Shown: positions 1-11,323 of the stretch, one piece after another
Position numbering within the stretch: position 1 is the stretch's first letter
How the letters are laid out: each line of letters begins with the position of its first letter
Assembly (NCBI RefSeq): GCF_008831285.2
Contig: NC_045138.2
Location: forward strand, 30,814,001-30,878,000
Direction of reading: 5' to 3'
DNA length: 64,000 nucleotides
Origin: Nymphaea colorata
Lineage: Eukaryota
Translations under genes and position numbers: made by a program
The notes under the pieces: model-generated
What the model was told of the DNA's origin: nothing
Database searches by the model: none
What the model saw: the letters and a program-made list of their open reading frames with translations, nothing else

Positions 1-3000
1 AGGCACCACCAGACTTTCCTAAAGGATTGCAGACAACATCAATTGCAGCTTTCCCTTTAACCTGAAAAAGTGAAGGGAAGAATTGTTAAAAGACATTGAG
101 CAAAGAGAAAATACATCAGAGGATGTGAGCAACCGGGGAAAGCAAAGAGCAGCAAGCCATCACAGAACACACCTTAGTCTCTTCATCCAATGGTATATAG
201 GCCATCTCCTTGCAGGGATCAAACAAGCTGTACTTGGAGCTCTTGCTAAAAATGTTTTGCAAGGCACCAACATAGACAGCAGCCAGCAGAGGTGTTAAAC
301 CAAATGTCCCAAGCATAGGAGCTAGTGGTTCTCCAAATAAAAGAAGAGCAAAGAAACCAACTCCTGTGAGGAGCAAGACAGTGGGTGTAATCATAGCGGC
401 AACTCCCCATCCATATCTGCGGAGGATCACCCTGCTGAGCAGCATCATTGTGAAAGTAGCAATGCCAGTGCAGGTTGAGAAGTCTCCCATGAAAGATGAG
501 TACTCGTTCGGGCTAGGATACTGCAAATTTCAGACGAGAGCATATCAAACAGTGAAAATTGCATGAAAGATGGTGTGATCATGACGGAAATAAAAGTTTA
601 CCTGTGCCTTGAGCTTTGATTTCCAAGTAACCTCAACAAGGTTGATGCTGATGCCATATGCAACAACTAGGGTAGCAAGATCTCTGACATACCTCGAGGA
701 TAACAAAAATTTCATGCTCTCCATCATACCCAACTTGCGTTTTTCCTGCAATGTCCAAAAACCAACATGCTGAATCGTCTCCAGGCTATGGGTTGCTTGG
801 GGGGAGGGGGGGTGGGGAGGGAGGAGGAGGGATTGACTAAAGCATGAGTAGTAGCAGGAAAAGGCCTACCTTCTTCTTACGGGGAGCAGGTTTGGGAAGG
901 GATGGGTCAGTTAGAACAAAAGTGTTCACTGCCCAGTAGATCCCACATATTGTAAGGCCCAACAGCACTACAATTCCCATCATTCCTTTCAGAGAGAGAG
1001 CCCAGCCATCAACTCCTGGGGGTAAATTCTTGCGGAGATTTGAAAAGTACTTAACAGTTCGACCAGAGAAAACAAGAGCAACATTTGCTCCAAGTCCAAA
1101 CAGTGGGTAAAACTGTTTTGCTTCATCGACAGTAGTAATCTGAAATTCATAAGGCAGACAAGCTTACAATAAAAAAAACTATATAAATGGCAAAAATATC
1201 AATCCCCAGATTACCTTTAGCAGCCTCAACAGCATTCTATATAAATTAAGCTGAAGATATAAAGTTGAAAAAAGAATACACAGAACCAGTAGCTGTGACA
1301 ATGTAAGATCATAATTTCATGAACATTTTCATTGGCACAGAAAGCGGAGGACCTAGAACTATGATCCAGTGAAATTCCCCAGAATATTAGAAAACCTACC
1401 CATTGAATCTACATGGCTGACAAGCTAAAGCAAAGAATGTTGATCTTCAGAGAATGCAACAGATCATTTCTTACACTTATTTTTATTTTTAATTTTCATT
1501 GTTCACTTCATTCCATATTTTTTGCTTTCCAAGGCTCACTTAGATGATAAAGTCATTAAGTAGTTAATGATGCACTTGATTCATCACTGGCTCCAACAGT
1601 TCCCAAGCAGTGTAAGACCTCCTAGGTGATATGGGCATTCAGGGATGCCGGAATGCAGTATAGAATCATACGGAAATTAGTAGAAAGTGAAGGCATGAAA
1701 ATCTCATAAACTCACCGAACAGCTTAATTTCTGACTTATACCTCTGTATGCTGTGTTACCCAACTTTTCTCAGTACACATGCATACAAAGTACAAACTAT
1801 CAACATCCAACCTAATATAAACTCCACTAGTAGGCAGACCCCTTGTACCTGAACTAAACTAGTGCCATCAGTCAATCATTTCCTGAAAATCTTGACAAGA
1901 CAAACAAAAGCAAGAGAATCTCTCAACTCAACAGATAGAGTAGAAAGGGCACAAAGGAAGAAGTTGTAGGACAGTAGTAGCAAAAACAGGAACATTTCGG
2001 TGCAAGAGATAGAAATTTCAAGGTACCAGCCAATAAAGAACAAGATGAAAAGGAGGATAAAAGAGGTGGAGTGGGAGAAAAACACGAGAATATATGTCAT
2101 TAAGTAACCAGCAACCAGATAACACGTGCTAGCGAAGGAGATGGATAACTAGCAACGAATAAAACAAGAGCAGCGGTCAGACAAGGCAAATCAAAACGAC
2201 TTCATGCTGAAGTGGATTATTAACTAAAGAACTGAATCTTTAAGAAGTTAAATGAACAACAATGGAAATAAAGAGTAAACTGCAAATGGGATTGTCATTG
2301 AACCAGAATGAACGCATAAAGATGAAACAACAGGTGCATTTACCATCTAAAAGAATAATAAGGAAGCAGAAACTAAAGGCAGCAAGGTCTTGTTATTCCC
2401 CAGAAGCAAATTAGAAAAACAGGAGAAATGATGAAGTTTCAGAGGATTCCTTCATGCATATATGTGTACATTATGTGAACATCCTCGAAAAATAACACAC
2501 TCAACTGAACTTGCCGCTTTAGTAGTTACATAAACAAATTTCACTAGGTTCAGGGGAAAGAGCGTCTCCTCCAGGCTTCCCAAACAACTCTTAACTGCTA
2601 AACAATTGAAGCCTGCCTCCACTATTGAAATGCTCGGGTCCCTTAATCAAGTCAAAGAGGATGCGTCCTTCTTTTTAAATTTCCTCTAAAGAATCTTTTT
2701 AGATCCACAAATGCGTTGCCTAAACAGAAGGACCATGAATACACACTACTAACGCATATGCAAATTTTATCGGCAATGAAAGAAGAAAGTGTCAGATAAA
2801 GAAAGCGTCTCAAATAAAAGCATAGAGGCTAAAAGGAGGAATAAACTCAGGCTATGAAAAAGAAACGACGTTAATATGTTAAATGCCGCAATTTAAAAAC
2901 CAAACAGGGGAAGTTTCAGAAAAAGGAAAAACAGGACCATCAATCAATCACAAAAACAACTAAATCAAATCCAAGTTATTGACAATAGTTGAATGACATA

Positions 3001-3917
3001 TATTTAGCGCCTACCAAACCCATAGAAACCTGACATCGGAAGCACTAAAATTTCAGCACCTAACCAGGGAAAAAAAGAACAGATCCCATGCACAGAAGAA
3101 AAAAAAGCCACCAATCACCATTAAAAGGCAAAGTAAGATATGTATACCTGATTAGCGAACCCCCAGAAGAGAACAGAGATAACCACACTACCCCAAAGCT
3201 CAGCCATGACATAGAAGAGACAGAAACTCCAGATCCTAAAAATGGCAATTGGACCAAGAAACCTTGGGCCCAGTGCTGCGAGAAGCTTATCAGCCAAAGC
3301 AGTGGGATGAATATAGCTGCTGAGAGGATAAAGAACAAAACCGAAGATCCCGAAGAAAGCAATGAACGGAACAATCACAGTATAGAAAAGGGCCTCTTTT
3401 GACAACACATTTGCAAGATTGCCGTAAAGAATCATGAACCCAAAGGCCATGGGAAGGTTCACCCAAGTCTTCAAGAATGGAATAATCTCTGCACTGCTCC
3501 CTTTGGCCGTCACCACAAGCACGTCTTTTGTGTCCCTAAGGATGGTATAATTGAAGAGGATACAAAAGAACATCAGCCCAAGTGGGATTATCTTCTTCAG
3601 TGTAACAATCTCCACCCCAGGAATTTGTTGGATTTTTGTATCTCCTTTCCACTATCACCAGAAAAGGCCTCACTTGCCGCTGCTGCTCTGCAAATCTGAA
3701 GCCTATCACCATTCCCAGAGCTCAAAGGTTGAAACTTTCCCCTGTTTCTGATACCATGCAAGGAGTTGGTGAGGCCTTTGGACTCGAACGGTGAGGATTT
3801 GCAGATGGGTATGGTGGGTCTAAAACTCAGTCTGGATTTCAGCCTCCTGGCAGAAGGCTGGGTTTTTGGGGACGAAGGCAGATGGGATAACCCATGGGCC
3901 TGGATGAGAGCCTCCAT
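1..3917 (-). CDS. NTT1: Plastidic ATP/ADP transporter (NTT/AATP, TLC family); 3' end lies beyond the window start; 1-nt frameshift in exon 1
   Basis: Exons 3917-3148, 1139-870, 745-602, 520-173 and 61-<1, all with GT-AG boundaries. Translation gives TLKKIIPLGLMFFCILFNYTILRDTKDVLVVTAKGSSAEIIPFLKTWVNLP, ITTVDEAKQFYPLFGLGANVAL, YSLFDPCKEMAYIPLDEETKVKGKAAIDVVCNPLGKSGGA, all diagnostic of plant NTT, after a transit-peptide-like N-terminus. The frame breaks at the C4 run 3615-3618. NTT1 versus NTT2 cannot be resolved. Confidence 0.95.
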
Positions 3918-6900
3918 CTTTCTTCCTCGAGATAATCCAGGCTGAAGGAGAAGGGAAAGGGAGGATAGAGGTATTTAAAGCCAGGGGAGGTGGAAGTGTT
4001 GCTGGCCTAGGAAGGGAAAAGGTGGTGGCATTAGGGTAGTAATTATATCACGCATGAGGATTAAAATAAGGTTTCAGTTTGGCGTTTTTCAATGAAGTGT
4101 GGAAGCAGATTGTGCAATTAGATATGAAAAAAACAAACAGAAGCAAATGCGTGAAATGAGAAAAATGAATATGTGACGGTAGTAAAAGTTGTTGTAAATT
4201 TGCATAAAAATTTTGGTTTGATGATGTCATAGACATTTGAGACGGAGAAGATTATCGATCGTTAATTAATGCACCCACTTTGTCTGCTAATCTGCGCATA
4301 TGAACTCATTCTCTCTCTAACTTATAAGACTTTTGTCCTTTCCAGAGAAATAACAGAGGTGTGCCCACCACCGCGGCGAGATATTTTTATTTTTATTTTT
4401 CCCTGCCAAACAAGATTCTTTATTTCTTGCACGGAAAATAAGGCGCCCCTAGAACATCCCGCCGTTACTTTCCAAGGAGAAGTTTGATCGCTGTTCTTCC
4501 TGTTTATAACGGGAAAGAACACCAATGCGAGGAGCGCTTTGAAAAGTTCACTGCTTCTTGAATGTAATCAGCAAATCGACGGAAAAAATGTGAAAATACA
4601 AGGTAAAAAGTTGATTTCTAGGCAGGTAAAAATACAAAATAACTCCAAAAAAAGCAACTCTAACGAGGTCTTTTACACGATATTACAATTTAAGCAGCGT
4701 TAAATGTCTGGTTTCATTGTCTTTTTATTTTGGTGCGTAGATGTTCCAATTACAGGTTAATATTTGGTGCAGAGGTTACGGCACTGAAAGAGAAAGAAGT
4801 CCCCATTGAAACAGAGATGCTTGAATTGGTGACACGAACACGTGTCGTAGAAACTGAGTTTCGAGTTTTTTTGACCCACCAAAAGAGGAGGAAAATGAAC
4901 GCAAAAATTGAGAATCGGTCAAATGGAATCTGAACACTGTTTGGTGAGAAACTGGCATTCCAAAAGTAAGGAATTCATCTTTCCTTTGGCTTCCTCCTCT
5001 CCTTCCTTCACCAACTTCTTTGTCTTCGTATCTAGAAAACAAGGCCATGGTCAAGATCGAACTGCCAGACTTGTTAATACTGTCATTATCAAAGCACCAC
5101 CATCCTTATAGGAAACCACCGTGGAAAAGCTCAGGTCTAAAAGTATTAGAGTTGAGACGATCTCGGGCGTTCATTTCAACTTCTTATGATCTTGACGCTG
5201 TTTTCTTGAGCAAGCTCGGCTCGTCATGCATTAGTTACAAGAACAACACGGAGAAAATGCTCAAGGATATGATTTTAGAGTTGAGAATCGAGGCATGCTT
5301 TCTATTTCCACTCCTTCACCCGACGATTACGCCATTGAAATGCATTCATGACCTTCGCTCTATGTAGCTCGCAGAAAAAACGGACCTGAAAAGAATTTCT
5401 TGGGGATCGCGAAGAATCCTGGTTATGTGAATTTTTGTCTGTACGTTCAAATAATTTTTCTAGGAAGCATTTGTTTTATGGAAGTACTTGCCGTTCAGCT
5501 GGCTCCTGACAATCGGGACTGTAATTACTAAATAATGAGCATTTGTAGGGAGAAAGTATTGACAACTCCTGATTCAACCACAAAGCACCCTGACAATTTG
5601 CTATTGAAACAAGTGAGATAACTCTTCTTGTCTCTCTTTTGCTCAAACGCTTAAGCAGAATCATGAACGCTTACGATTACTTATGCAATTTTGTTTTAAT
5701 AAATCTAATAAACTTTGAACCATGACTTTGAGATTTTTTTGCTCGATTAATTATGATTTATGTTCCAACATGAGTGTGTGTGTACATGTATGTGAGACAG
5801 ATCAAGAGGTGGCACGTGAGTTAAGGTTCATGACTCTTTTTGGACTTGAGATGGTCGTATGGTACATTCTTTAACTTAATATCCGACATGCTACCACCGT
5901 TGGCAATGTAAAAGAATAGTACCCATAGAATCAAACTAAGAACTCATCGTCTGCAGACCGGCTATCCTATGCCCCTCGGGATAAGAGAGAGAGAAATGTT
6001 CAAACAAATCAACCCAGTATAGTTTAGGAAATGGACGACTCAAATTGGAATGACAGGGTTGGATGCAGTCAAGTAGGGCCAACCTCCTCATTCCTCAAGG
6101 CTTCGAAGGCTGACGACCGTCCAAAAGATTACCAATAATATATTCTCCCTCTTCCATGATTAGCCTTTGCTGTTGTTGCCGGATCCACCTGCAGGTTTTC
6201 TTCTCCGTCGCCGTCATTTTAGTGGGGACATGAAGTCGAGAAAATAGAGCAAGCTCGCTAGCCGTATGATCTTGTAATCACATGCCTTTCTTTATTTTAA
6301 GGTTGCTGAAAGTCCTGTTGAACAACTCTTTTGGAGTTCAAAGGCGTCCCTATTATGAGACATGCTTTGGTTCAAGCTAATTTTACCATCTATTTTGTGG
6401 TGATAAAAGAGGCATGCAAACAAGAAAAACGACTAAGTTAACAATTCAAAATACTTGAGCTTTATAGTCCAATATCCTTGTTGAGATGATGATCTTAGAA
6501 TTGAGGTAGATTTTATATACATAGGTTAAGTAAATATGAACACTATGTACAGTGATTTATGAACTGTTCAATCAACATAGTTGTTTAAACATACTTTTAA
6601 AGTCAACGTGTGAATTGTTTTTCTGCTTTTTCCTAAGAAGGGACTCAACATGTAATATTTTGTGTATCGCCAATCAAGTTGACTGCAAAACTTATGGTTC
6701 ATTTACATGGTACCCATATTTGCATAGTCGATACACCAAGTTCATGGTAGCTAGTGTTATTAACAAGTTGATTATTAGTGAGGCTTTTGAAGAGAAAAAC
6801 AACAATTTAGTATTAACATTATTTGTTTAATTTGTTTGTGACTATTTAAACCAAGCTAGATAACAAGCTGCTGTTTATTCTTACATTGGGTAATTTAATC

Positions 6901-7142
6901 AACTTAAATTTTAGATTCAATGGTCTAAGCTAACGTGGGGCTCACTTTGAATTCATGAATGTAGCATGTTGATATGAGGATTTGATGACCTTTGAATAAG
7001 ACCAACTTCATTTTCTCTTTAAATTTTATGGATTTGGGGTAAGAAAGAAATGGGTTTCTAACTTACGATTCATCATAATACTTATACCCCGAGGGCTGTT
7101 GGTGCACTGGCTTTGGTAAGTGACTAATAAGGGGTTAGTTAC

Positions 7143-7556
7143 TAGGAATGTCAATATATCTTATTTAAATTAGATATCTAACTGAATCATTAAAAAAAAA
7201 AATCAGATATGGGAAAAAAATTAGTATTCGATAAAAAAATCGAATCAAATTCAGATTTAAAAAATGACATCCGTTCAGATTCATATCCAGATATGCATAA
7301 ATATTTAAATTCGGGTCGAATTTAATTTTAAATAAATATCATATATATATATATATATAATGCTCTTACCATTTGAAAATCGGCTGGATACGATTCAAAA
7401 TTAGGTTCAAATTCAGATATAAAAATAAAATTCAGATTTTCGGATTCAGATGTGATTTTTCTTTGTTCATATTCTAATAAGGGTATGTAAATACTTAAAA
7501 AAATGAGATATGATTAAGAGTATATCTGATTCAAATCTAATCCCTTGATTTCTCTA
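7143..7556. mobile_element. hAT-type MITE (TAGG-ATGTCAA termini, internal GGAT/ATCC repeats)
   Basis: Degenerate terminal inverted repeats taggaatgtcaa / ttgatttctcta; imperfect 8-bp TSD ttagttac/ttcattac; similar to 36420-36799. Confidence 0.65.
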
Positions 7557-7659
7557 TTCATTACTGTTTGGATCACACATACTACAAATGAGAGTGTGGG
7601 TTCATCCCTCAAGCAGTGGCATAGCCCTTAATCTCATAGGGTTGTCAAGATAGAAAGAG

Positions 7660-7869
7660 AGGAGGAGATGGAGGGCTGGCAAGGGCCATGGCCCCTCTTG
7701 ACATTTAAAATTTGCTTGTTAAAAATTTCGAAAATTTGATTTTGGCCCTATAAAAACTTTTAAAACATGGGCCCTGTTGAAATTTAAAATTTTAAAATTT
7801 GCTTGTTAAAAATTTTGAAAATTTGATTTTGGCCCTATAAAAACTTTTAAAACCTAGCTCCGCTCCTGG
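7660..7869. mobile_element. hAT-type MITE, GGGCCATGGCCCC family, with an internal tandem duplication
   Basis: Same family as 11151-11323 (gggccatggcccc ... ctagctccgctcctg); aaaatttgcttgttaaaaatt...ttggccctataaaaacttttaaaac occurs twice. Confidence 0.65.
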
Positions 7870-8527
7870 AGGCTCACTCAAATCTATACAAAGAAGAGAG
7901 CGAGCGAGCCGGGCTTTGAAGGCCCACTCTTGGGGAGCTCCACGGCAACATTTTCTGACGATGGTCGTGCGGCACGGCGGCAGACTTGAGATCACAGTGA
8001 AGCGGGGGCCGCCATGGTCACGGCGAATCCAAAGGCCCAAAAACTATGGGCAGCTGGCCGTTTCTTCTGCCTGGGTGGATGCTGTTCTGGAATCCAGAAT
8101 CTAGGCCATGGAGGCAGAGCAGTTGCAGAGCGTGGAGAACTGTGCAACCTTCTCGCCTTTTTACTCTTTCTGGTTTTTTTCTTTTTTTTTTTTTTTGCAT
8201 AACAAGGTACTTTTGCTTACAGGAGGAGACGTGTGTCTCTGAGACTCAGTGCTGTGTTCTCTGCAACTCCAGCGGCGGTGGGGCACCCAAGCCGAGGGGA
8301 TGCTCAATACGTCACCTCAGTCACCAACGGTTCTCGATCTATATTGATAATCAATGGCTGAAAACTATCATACTATTATAAGAAGGCGGCCAAAATTAAC
8401 GCTATTAAATCATTCCACAGGTGCAGCGACAAAGTCACATATATGCAGACGTTGGCAGTTGCTGCAGTTGCTCACACCAGTAGAGAATATCTTCATTTTC
8501 ATATTTAATATTTTTAAAAATATATTC

Positions 8528-8571
<44 letters not shown>

Positions 8572-10155
8572 CCCAACCCCTTAAAATGTGAATGTTTTAT
8601 ATTTAGCCCCTCAACTCCAAATTCTTGACTTCATCTTGTTGGGTGAAAGCTTCAACTCTCTGCTTAACAAGATTTGATACACAGATTCATTGGTGGATGT
8701 TAAATAACATGGCATCAATTCTTTGTACAAACACGCAAAACACTAATTTAATATGAATTATCTCATCTTAAGCTTGGGGCTGTATATTGTGTTTGAAGGC
8801 GACTTGTGTGTCAAAACATTTCGACTAAAATATCCTAACAAACAACTTGCTCCGAGTCTATTTTTATTATGTTGAATTTTAGTTTTTACTTAATTTATAC
8901 GACCCCAAAAATAGGTTAACAATCTTACAATTAGAAGATTGACCTGAAGAGCGCTCAAATTCACTCCTAAGGCTGAACATGGCTTGAGAACGTCTTACTT
9001 GCCTTCATGTCAAAAAAAGGAACTGAATAATGAAAAGTGGAAAAACTTATAGGCAATAGTGCAACTTTTGACATAATTGCAAACAACAGCTTAATGTTTC
9101 AAAATATATAAATAACCACCTTAGTTTATGAAAATAACTCATGCAGGAACTTCTTTTAAAAAAGGAAATTTGCTTTAAAAAAATGGAAATTTTACAAATT
9201 ACAAGTTTTAAGTCGATGCCTCTGAAGTTGCATGTCTTGTTCTCTTTCTGCCTTTGCCCATATAATTTCACAACTTAATGGCTGAGATCAGCCCAAAAAA
9301 ATGTGAGTTGTGGAAAGGCTCTTTACTTGAGTGAATGTTCCTTTCTATTAAAGGTAAAATGATCATTTCATATATTTCAATGTCTGTTATTCACAAAACA
9401 AGTGTAAGCAAATTATTTTATAAGCTTTAGCAGTTATTTATAATTTTCCAGATTTTAAGTGGTTGCTTGTAAATATTTTTCAAGGAAGAGCGGCTTCTTT
9501 GTAAAGAAGATACCCAACACATATCCAAGACCAGTTACCATTTTGATTTTTCGGGGTGTCAATTTACTGTGCTGCAAACGAAGGGCCATCGATGAGTAAA
9601 TTGAAGAACGGCAGGAGTGGTACCTCGAGACACAAAAACAAGCCTTATACCTTGTAGGATGAGAGGTTGAGTCGAGACTTCAACTTTTCATATGTGTGCA
9701 AAGAGTTGAGAAAATGAAAGCATAGTGATGCTTTTTATAGGCCTCACATTATATAAAGTTTTTTCAAACCTAAAATTGTTGGCGTCACGCATGGTGCAGT
9801 TGATCGCATTAAAAGCCAAAAAGGACAGTCCCTTTTAATAAAAAGGCCAGCTCTTTCACCACTGGCCGCACATTTGGCGACGGTTGTATGATTGATCCAT
9901 TCAGGGTCCTCCTTCTTGCTCGTGATCGCACCCAGTTTTGAATCAGTGGCAAGGGACAGAAGTATCCGGACAATCTAACGAGTATCAACTAACCCGGTGA
10001 TGTTACCAAGTCACATTCTTCATATGAGACGAGTTAATCTTATAATTATATTCAGAGGAGGGGGAGGGATTGAAGTAGCCTGCTCTACTTTCTTATGAGT
10101 TTTGTTTTTAGGTTCGGCCATGATCGTTCCTTTGATGGGGTTCTCTATAAGTTCC

Positions 10156-10340
10156 TTAAAATCACATAGCTCACTTACGAGAGCCGTTTGATTCGTTGTG
10201 ATGGACTATTGAAGAAAAAACAAAGAAAAAAGAGATTATAGATATGTTCTTCTTCTAGTCGTCTTTTTCACTTTGTTTTTCTTTCAACCATCCATCACAA
10301 GAAATTAGTCGATGCTCATATGTGAACTGGATGATTTTGA
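10156..10340. repeat. Imperfect foldback (about 85-bp arms), probably MITE-derived
   Basis: Left arm ttaaaatcacatagctcacttacgag..ttgtgatggactattgaagaaaaaacaaag is the reverse complement of right arm ctttgtttttctttcaaccatccatcacaa..ctcatatgtgaactggatgattttga. Confidence 0.8.
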
Positions 10341-10805
10341 TTGGCCTGAGCTACCATTATGTATATATATATGTATCATTCATTTATTCTAGGTTGGAAA
10401 AAGCAATACCATATTTTATTTGTGTCCAATACGAGAATGTGGATTTGTTTCAACGATTCTTTACCAAGGAATATGGTTTAGCTTAGATTAGATTAATGAA
10501 AAACTTGATTTTCAGGGCTATTGTTCGTTACTATTAGAAATACCGGTTCATTACATGCATTGTAGGAAATGGAGCATGACAGATACATGGGATGATTAAA
10601 TTGAGGATTAGGAATGCTGTTCGCAGGTTTTTTACTTAACCTAATTGGGCAGCTCATGAATGGCGTAGCATTTTTGAACTCAAAGCGCTAACTGCCCTTT
10701 CATCTCTTTGTTATCTACCCGTTATCTTTTCAATGCTATGTTGTCAAATCAGTCGGATTGGGAATCCAATTTCTGTCAATCAATTCAATTCTTCGATTGC
10801 CTCAA

Positions 10806-10880
10806 GGGGTGTAACATAATCCGGTGGCAAGACATGGTTCACATTCAAGGGGTTTCAAGTTCGAATCCCATAGTTACCCT
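10806..10880 (+). other. Degenerate tRNA-like sequence (tRNA pseudogene or SINE head)
   Basis: A-box-like taacataatccgg, B-box gttcgaatccc, weak acceptor stem ggggtg/taccct; the cloverleaf is not intact. Confidence 0.35.
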
Positions 10881-11150
10881 TTAAACCGCAAAAAGTAACA
10901 AACACAAGAGTTGAAAAGTATTTTATTGGTATACCAAAGCCTACTTTATTGGTATACCAATGCCCCAAACAAGACAGAACCTTGAAAGCTTAAGGGTATA
11001 ACCTTAGGGTTTTATACTGAAGACAATTTTTAAGGCAAGTTTCTCTAAGTAAACATTAACAATAATTCAACCGTCGATTGAAATAATAATTTTTTTCTAG
11101 ACCCACAACCAAATTAGATGCTGGTCTAATAATATTAAAAGCCCAATAGC

Positions 11151-11323
11151 CAGGGGCAGAGCCAAGGAGGGGGCCGCAGGGGCCATGGCACCAACTCAAT
11201 TTTCTTTTTCTAAATTTACAAGTAAATGTTAGAAAGTTTTACTTTAAAAAATGATATTTTAGCTCTTGTTAAAATTTAGAAAGTTTAATTCGCCTCTCAT
11301 AAAAAAATTCTGGCTTTGCTCTG
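11151..11323. mobile_element. hAT-type MITE with a perfect 8-bp target-site duplication
   Basis: TIR caggggcagagcca / tggctttgctctg; TSD ccaatagc at 11143-11150 and 11324-11331. Confidence 0.85.

Noticed and set aside
6129..6218. Minus-strand 28-aa ORF MTATEKKTCRWIRQQQQRLIMEGRIYYW, faintly like DVL/RTFL peptides
   Set aside because: Lacks the conserved YIxRRCVxMLxCW core; similarity is at chance level.
7916..8202. GC-rich ORFs of ~62 aa between MITEs
   Set aside because: No recognisable domain or consistent exon structure.
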